Assembly (NCBI GenBank): GCA_963705425.1
Contig: CAVPJO010000012.1
Location: 74,361-138,360 of the forward strand
Length of the DNA: 64,000 nt
Source of the DNA: an uncultured Chloroflexia bacterium
GTDB lineage: Bacteria > Chloroflexota > Limnocylindria > Limnocylindrales > CSP1-4
Reading direction: 5' to 3'
Position numbers and translations under genes: made by a program. Below the pieces are notes generated by a model that did no database searches, had not been told where the DNA came from, and saw only the letters and a program-made list of their open reading frames with translations. Each line of letters begins with the position of its first letter. Position 1 is the first letter of the stretch. Shown here in pieces: positions 58,035-64,000 of the stretch.

Positions 58035-58046
58035 ATTCTGATACAC

Positions 58047-58319
58047 ATGACCGGCCGCATCCACCTCGTCATCGACGATCGAGAACGCGAGGCCTTCCGC
58101 GCCAGGGCCGCCGCCGAAGGGGTCAGCCTCTCGGAATGGCTGCGTGAAGCTGCCCGCGAGCGACTCGACCGGGAACGGCCAACGGTCATCGCGAACGTCG
58201 AGGACCTGGACCGTTTCTTCGCTGCACAAGCGCAGGCAGAGACGGGTCCCGAGCCGGACTGGGAGCAGCACATCACCGTGATGGGGCAGTCTCGACGCCA
58301 CGGGCTCGAAGCGGGCTGA
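58047..58319 (+). CDS. vapB: Ribbon-helix-helix (CopG/VapB-type) antitoxin
   Basis: Frame of ORF 58011..58319. MTGRIHLVIDDREREAFRARAAAEGVSLSEWLREAARERL fits a beta-strand plus two helices RHH fold. The stop overlaps the vapC ATG. Confidence 0.75.
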   Translation: MTGRIHLVIDDREREAFRARAAAEGVSLSEWLREAARERLDRERPTVIANVEDLDRFFAAQAQAETGPEPDWEQHITVMGQSRRHGLEAG

Positions 58320-58711
58320 TGCCGTCGACGTTCGTGGACACGAACATCTTCGTCTACGCCGTCGGGCGCGAGCATCCGCTTCGTGAGGCGGCCCAGACGA
58401 TGCTGCGCGAGCGTCTCGAGCAGCAGGTGCCCATGGCGACGTCAGCAGAGGTCCTGCAGGAGCTGCTGCACGTCTACCTTCCGGTGGGACGGATGGCGAC
58501 GCTCGAAGCTGCGCTCCGCCTTGCGCTGGACCTGACGGTCACCTGGCCGGTCGACGCCAGCGACGTCTACGCCGCGCGAGATCTGGCCAGCGCGCAGCCG
58601 GGGCTGGGTGCGCGTGACCTCCTGCATCTCGCCGTCTGCCGTCGCCATGGCGCTAGCGAACTGCTCTCGTTTGACCGAGCCCTGGTGGCAGCCTTCACCT
58701 CCGGCTCCTGA
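58319..58711 (+). CDS. vapC: PIN-domain ribonuclease toxin
   Basis: FVDTNIFVYA (first acidic residue), ...SAEVLQELLHVY..., and ARDLLHLAVCRRHGASELLSFDRAL (conserved D...D). 130 aa. Confidence 0.85.
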   Translation: MPSTFVDTNIFVYAVGREHPLREAAQTMLRERLEQQVPMATSAEVLQELLHVYLPVGRMATLEAALRLALDLTVTWPVDASDVYAARDLASAQPGLGARDLLHLAVCRRHGASELLSFDRALVAAFTSGS

Positions 58712-58828
58712 GCGGCTATGCAGCCGTGCTCGTGTCCGGCGCTTCATGACCAATGCCACTTGGCCGGCCGCTCAACTCGGCGCCACCCTCCTGTTGCGCG
58801 AGGCACGTCCCGCGAATCGGAGGTGGCC

Positions 58829-61631
58829 ATGGGGGCCTTGAGCTCATGTTCGGCGATCATCGCCGCGGCGCTACTCCTGACATCGACTCCCGCGCTGGCG
58901 ACCGACGCGGAGGCCACCGGCGCCGGCAGACCTGCCTCGACAGCGAGGCCGTCGATGGTCGGTCTACCGGCCAAGGACTCGGCGTCAAGTCTGCCCATCG
59001 GCTGGATGGAGTTCGTTGCGGTCGGCGACGAGGCCTACTTCGTCGCGGAAGGCCAGCGGCCGGGCGAGCTGTGGCGAACCGATGGGACCGCAGGGGGCAC
59101 GGTGCTCGTCACTGATCGGCTTGCGACCGAGCGAGAGGACCCCATCACGCACATGACGGCCGTCGGAGATGAGCTGTACTTCTCGGGTGAACACCGCAAG
59201 ACCGGTGCGGAGCTGTGGCGCACGGACGGCACGGCCGAGGGCACGGCCCTGGTGGTCGATCTCATGCCCGGCGAGGCCAACTCCTACCCCGGCAGCATCG
59301 TGGCTCTCGACGACCTCGTCCTCTTCTGGGCCAAGGGCGCCGGTCACAGCTGTGGTTTGTGGCGCACCGACGGCACGCCAGCCGGGACCACGCTGGTCCG
59401 TGGTGTGGAGGGCTTCGAGGTGCGGTCACCGGACAGCCATCATTGTCCCTATCCAGAGACGGCACTCCGCATCGGCGATGCTGCCGTCCTCTGGTTCAAC
59501 ACGGGTGGGCAGCACGAGGTATGGCGATCCGACGGCAGCGACGAGGGCACCACGCTCCTTCGCGCGTTTCCACATCGCTCGGATTGGCGGGAATGGGTGC
59601 TGCAGGCTGATGGCCGTGCGTACTTCACGGCCGATGACGGCGAGCACGGGCGTGAGCTGTGGCGCACCGATGGCACCGCTGACGGCACCACGCTGTTCGC
59701 AGACGTGGCGCGCGGACCGACGGGCGCCGATCCGGAACCGGTCGCAGTCGTCGCTGGCACCGTCTTCTTCGTCGCCGACGCCCCCAGGGGAAGACGGGCG
59801 CTGTGGGTCAGCGATGGCACCGAAGACGGCACCACGATGCTGAGGAAGCTCGACTCAGGGTGGCGATATGACTGGGAGCCCGGCGTTTCGCTGTTCTACT
59901 TCTGGGCTGACGACGGCCGTCACGGCAGCGAGCTGTGGCGCTCCGACGGCACGCGGAAGGGGACCTGGATGGTCCGCGACATCGCCAAGGGCCGCAAGTC
60001 GGCCGGACCCCAGGGCTACAGTGAGATCGCGACCGTCGGAGACACCGCGTTCTTCGCCGCCAGGGACGGGAAACACGGCACCGAACTGTGGGCCAGCGAC
60101 GGCACGCGCGAGACGACTCGCCTCGTCTCAGACATCGGCCCCGGTGAGGGTGGTACCGGTCCCAACATGATCACGCGACTCGGAGACGTGGTCTTGTTCG
60201 GCGCAGACGATCGCGAGCACGGCCAGGAGTTGTGGCGATCGGACGGCACGCCCGAGGGTACGCAACTGGTCCGCGACATCGGCGCACGCATGGCAAGTCT
60301 CACCGTCTACGACGCTACCGAGGTCGGCTCTGACCTCGCTCATGTCGGCAGCAGGGGAGGACGAGGCGCGTCGCTCTCATGGATCGATGCCACCACCGGG
60401 CAGGAGCGTCGTCTGGCAACGGTGATGACCGGTGATTTCAGCCTCGGGGTCGAGGCCTTGGGGAAGCACGTGGTCTTCACTGGCTACAAGACGCGCACAG
60501 GAGCTGAGCCATGGATCGAGCCGGGGCACGGTGAAGGGCACGCGGCTGCTCAAGGACATCGCGCGTGGGCGTACTCCCAACCTCTGCACTTCAGCCGAGG
60601 GCTGCGGGACACATGCGGCCGATTCCGGCCCGGACTCGTTCGTCACCATGGGCGACGTCACGTACTTCGCGGCGTATGGCCCCGAGCACGGACGTGAGCT
60701 GTGGCGCACCGATGGCACCCGCGCCGGCACGCGCCTGGTCAAGGACGTCCGTCCCGGTCGAGAGTCCGGCCTCGCAGGGGGCGTTGCCAACGGCCTGGTG
60801 GCGGTCAGTGGTCATCTCTATTTCGTCGCTGACGATGGACGTCACGGGTCCGAGCTCTGGCGCAGTGACGGCACGCGGGCAGGTACGAAGATGATCGCCG
60901 ACATCGGCCCAGGCTGGTCCGTGCAGTGGTGGGACACGCCCGTCGCAGCTGGCGACTACGTCTACTTCGGTGCTACGACGGAGGGTGAGGGCCTTGAGCT
61001 GTGGCGCACCGATGGAACTGCCGCCGGCACGGCCATAGTCAGGGACATCCGTCCCGGGCCCAAGGCCTCCAAGCCACAGGACCTCACTGCCGTCGGGGAC
61101 ATGCTCTTCTTCACGGCGATCGACCGGCAACACGGTCGTGAGCTGTGGCGTACCGACGGCACCTCCGAGGGCACGGTCCTCGTCAGGGACCTCGCGCCCG
61201 CCGGGGCGAGCTCGTTGCTGGGCGATATCTCAGCGCTCGGTGGAGATCTCTTCTTCACGGTCTGGGACGGTCCCGATGAACTGGTGATTCCTGGGACCAT
61301 GTACCGCAGCGACGGCACCGCAGAAGGCACGCAGCCGTTTGGCCCCGCTCAGAACGGCGCCGAGGGGATCCGGCGGTTCTGGGCCGAGTACCCATCTTCG
61401 GTGGTCGCTGACGACTGCCTGTTCTTTGCCGCCGACGATGGCATCCGCGGCGTGGAGCTGTGGTCCACCGACGGCACAGCAGAAGGTACGCGACTCGTCG
61501 ACGACCTGCGGCCGGGATCCAAGGGCTCCGCTCCGGAGTGGTTCGTGGCCGCGGACAGCCACCTCTACTTCACCGCTGACGACGGCAAGAGCGGTCGGCA
61601 GTTCTGGCAGCTCCCGTTGGCTGGCACGTAG
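58829..61631 (+). CDS. Large secreted ELWxxDGT-repeat protein (~930 aa, ~18 repeats); frame interrupted near 60520
   Basis: GGAGGTGG precedes ATG 58829. Signal peptide MGALSSCSAIIAAALLLTSTPALA. Repeats G.ELWRTDGT..GT.LV.D. ORF 58718..60697 becomes junk after ...TGAEPWIE. The frame of ORF 60432..61631 continues as GTVKGTRLLKDIARG.... Confidence 0.8.
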
Positions 61632-61700
61632 GCGACCAAGTGGCCCATCGGACCCGGTGAGGTCACCGTGCGCATGCGCGGCCTGCGCTAGGCTGCAGCC

Positions 61701-64000
61701 ATGTCCCCGTGGAGGCCGCATCTGCTCATCCTGCTGGTCCTCGCCCTCGTGGCGGTGCCGTCTGCATCGGTGGCTGCCGAGGACGGCGGCAGCGAGGCAT
61801 CGGGGTTCGTGTTCGTGCAGATCGACGGGCTGTCCGAACCTGTGTTGCGCACGGCCCTCGAGTCGGGAGCCATGCCCTTCCTCAGCAGCCTGATCGACGA
61901 CGGCACACACACCCTGGAGGGCTGGGGCACGACGGCCGCCAGCACGACGACCGTGATGCAGGCCGGCCTCCTGCATGGGCGCTGGCGTGACATCCCGGGT
62001 TTCCGCTGGTGGGATCGCGAAACGGGTCAGCTCCTCGACTTCCTCGATCGCGAGCAGGCACGGCTGTTCGAGCAGCGGATCGACGGCCCCGCGGATCTTC
62101 TGGCCGAGGGCGGCGCCAGCATCACCAATCTATTCGCCGGCGGGGCACCTCGCGTGGTCCTCACCGCCGCCCACTTCGACGGGGCGGCGCTGCCCTGGGA
62201 AGTGGTGCGCTACCTCGCCGATGTGCCCAAGGTGCTGCACGTCGTGGCCGGCTTCGGGGATGGGGTGGTCGCAGCCGTCGGGCGCATGTTCCGTGGTGAG
62301 GACGCGCCCATCTCCGCGGCCATCAAGCGCAAGGCTCCCGTGCCCATCGTGGGACCCGCCCTGGAATGGGCCCTGGTCGAAGTGACCGCCGCAGCCATGG
62401 TCCGGGAACTCCAACAGGACACGCCGCTCATGTATGCGACCTTCACCACGTTCGACGAGGTCGGCCACTACGCCGGGCCCGACCACCCTGCGGCCATGGA
62501 CGCCCTCTCGCACATCGATGAGTCGCTCAGCTTCGTCGCTGCCGCCGCTGAGCAGGCACCGCGGCGCTATCGGCTCGTGGTCCTGTCCGACCACGGTCAG
62601 ACCGCAGGCGAGCCATTCGAGCTGCGCTACGGCGAGACCCTGACCGAGGTGGTGCGCCCGCTCCTGTCCGCTGCTGCCAGCGACAGCCGCCCGGCCGTTC
62701 CCCCGGACCTCGTCGTCGCGGAGTCGGGCAACCTCGCGCATGTCTACCTGCCGGCACTGGGGGAGCGCCTCGACGCCACCGAGATCGAGGCACGACATCC
62801 CCGGCTGCTGGCGGGGTTGGTGGCGCACCGGGGTGTGGGCGTCGTCGTGGTGCAGACCGCTGACGGCGGGCTGCTGGCGCTCGGCCGCCGGGGCAGTCAT
62901 GAGCTCACCAGCGGGCACATCGAGGGACATGACCCGGTCGGTCACTACGGCCCGCTCGCGGCAGAGAGCCTGCTGAACATCGCGAGCTCTCCGAATGCGG
63001 GCGACCTGGTGGTCATCTCCATCTACGATCCCGTCGCCGACGAGGTCGCCTCCTTCGAGCCGCAGATCAGCTCCCACGGTGGCATCGGCGGGCCCCAGAT
63101 GCAGCCGTTCCTGCTCTATCCGAGCGAGCTCGAGGGCGACTCCGATCTGCTCTCGCTCGAAGGCGTCGACGCCCTGCGCGCCAAGCTCGACGAGTGGCTG
63201 GAAGCAGACGCCGTGACCGCCACCGACGCACCCACCCGCCCTGCCGAGATGTCCGCTCAGGATTCCCGACCCTCGCCCGAGGCATCGTCGACAGCACCGA
63301 CCTCACCGCCCCCAGCGGCGCACATCGGGGCGCCGGTGTGTGTGTCCGCCCGGGTCACCGGCGCCCTGGGGAAGGCCTGCGCGCGCCGCGATCGCTTCGG
63401 CGCCAGATGGACGCTCCAGGCGACCGATACCCAGGCCGACGATCGAACGGTCAAGGCGACCATCAGGCTCGAGGTCTTCGATGCTCGCGACGAGACCGCG
63501 ACACTCGAGCACGACCTAGGCGTGGGTGACACTGCGAGCACGAATGGGTCGTTCAGCCCCAGGATCGGCAGCGCCCTCGGTGACATCTCCATCACGACCT
63601 GCGTCGTCGAGCGGTTCCGGCCCGATCGGTGCGAGACGACGTCAGCGACCCTTCCCCAGCTTGCCGGTCGCGCGAGTCCGGCCCAGTCGGCGCGGCTGGA
63701 GAGTCTGGTGTTCGACGAGCCTCTCGAGTCCTTCATGGCCATCTGGGAGCAGGAGGAGCACCGCGGTATCGATGCCGACTTCGACTGGGACAGCAACGGC
63801 TGCTCGGCTGGACGCCTCGCTGGGCTCTTCGACGAGCGCCTGGGGCCCGCCTGCATCCGGCACGACTTCGCCTACCGCAACTACGGCCACCTGCTCTATG
63901 TCCCCACGGACTCGATGCACCGGCGTGTGAATGAGCAGCTGGCCGCAGATGCCATCGCGCTGGGCTATGCCGACCTTGCGCCGGGCCTGCGCCAGACGCT
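61701..64000 (+). CDS. Secreted alkaline-phosphatase-superfamily phosphodiesterase (NPP/type I phosphodiesterase-like) fused to a C-terminal prokaryotic phospholipase A2 domain; 3' end lies outside the window
   Basis: My own frame-0 translation shows no stop from ATG 61701 to 64000. It is absent from the ORF track because it is open-ended. Signal peptide MSPWRPHLLILLVLALVAVPSASVAA. AlkP-core motifs VFVQIDGLS, TFDEVGHYAGPDHP and LVVLSDHGQT. C-terminus from about 63771: DFDWDSNGCSAG...GPACIRHDFAYRNYGHLL, matching the Streptomyces PLA2 signature (FDWSxDxC...C.RHDFGYRNY). Confidence 0.8.
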   Translation, partial: MSPWRPHLLILLVLALVAVPSASVAAEDGGSEASGFVFVQIDGLSEPVLRTALESGAMPFLSSLIDDGTHTLEGWGTTAASTTTVMQAGLLHGRWRDIPGFRWWDRETGQLLDFLDREQARLFEQRIDGPADLLAEGGASITNLFAGGAPRVVLTAAHFDGAALPWEVVRYLADVPKVLHVVAGFGDGVVAAVGRMFRGEDAPISAAIKRKAPVPIVGPALEWALVEVTAAAMVRELQQDTPLMYATFTTFDEVGHYAGPDHPAAMDALSHIDESLSFVAAAAEQAPRRYRLVVLSDHGQTAGEPFELRYGETLTEVVRPLLSAAASDSRPAVPPDLVVAESGNLAHVYLPALGERLDATEIEARHPRLLAGLVAHRGVGVVVVQTADGGLLALGRRGSHELTSGHIEGHDPVGHYGPLAAESLLNIASSPNAGDLVVISIYDPVADEVASFEPQISSHGGIGGPQMQPFLLYPSELEGDSDLLSLEGVDALRAKLDEWLEADAVTATDAPTRPAEMSAQDSRPSPEASSTAPTSPPPAAHIGAPVCVSARVTGALGKACARRDRFGARWTLQATDTQADDRTVKATIRLEVFDARDETATLEHDLGVGDTASTNGSFSPRIGSALGDISITTCVVERFRPDRCETTSATLPQLAGRASPAQSARLESLVFDEPLESFMAIWEQEEHRGIDADFDWDSNGCSAGRLAGLFDERLGPACIRHDFAYRNYGHLLYVPTDSMHRRVNEQLAADAIALGYADLAPGLRQT

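Noticed and set aside
5300-60530. Programmed ribosomal frameshifting as an explanation for the split genes.
   Set aside because: There are no slippery heptamers or consistent stimulatory structures at the junctions. The affected genes (rdgB, pfkB kinase, SBP, rmlC/D and others) are not known to use recoding. Up to four shifts occur in one small gene.
330-63077. Many long ORFs antisense to or overlapping the called genes. Examples: 330..977-, 3762..5141-, 6345..7733-, 8257..9708+, 9788..10924-, 15474..16640+, 17091..18119-, 18730..19962-, 24951..26255-, 27345..28652-, 29935..31074-, 44334..45350-, 51438..53009- and 62130..63077-.
   Set aside because: These are typical high-GC shadow ORFs. Their translations are Arg/Pro/Gly/Ala-rich with no recognisable motifs. 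In every case the opposite or alternative frame encodes a protein with clear family signatures.

Overview
High-GC (about 68-70%) chromosomal segment, probably from an actinobacterium-like lineage. Supporting signs are GGAGG ribosome-binding sites, TAnnnT -10 boxes, several apparently leaderless genes, and ATGA/GTGA start-stop overlaps. I saw no rRNA, tRNA, CRISPR array, or intact mobile element. Gene order: CPBP protease fragment, radC-mreB-mreC, and an atypical membrane/secreted FlgD-Ig protein. A roughly 18 kb cell-envelope glycan locus follows. It holds ppm1, two GT4 genes, an S1 protease, DUF354, wecB, Wzm/Wzt ABC export, three sulfotransferases, a FemAB-like GNAT, rmlB, and cysC just downstream. 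Next come mazG-rph-rdgB nucleotide house-cleaning genes, a PfkB kinase, and pip. Then a LacI-controlled sugar ABC uptake locus with a GH32/68-like enzyme and an esterase, and a GT61-sulfotransferase fusion. A decayed rmlA-C-D cluster follows, then SDR and DapA-like genes and a secreted pair ending in a possible DUF3160 protein. A lipid/acyl island comes next: PaaK-like adenylating enzyme, NodB deacetylase with beta-helix, and a FAAL-ACP-PlsC fusion. The window ends with DUF1269, UROD-like-galK, vapBC, a roughly 930-aa ELWxxDGT repeat protein, and a phosphodiesterase-phospholipase A2 fusion ORF that runs off the window and is absent from the ORF track. The most interesting candidate is a PAPS-dependent sulfated envelope glycoconjugate pathway: four sulfotransferases in the window plus an APS kinase and ABC export. 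About 16 reading-frame disruptions are visible, mostly needing removal of one base. Seven of them fall in 1.5 kb of rmlC/rmlD. This points to indel-prone sequence, real gene decay, or both.
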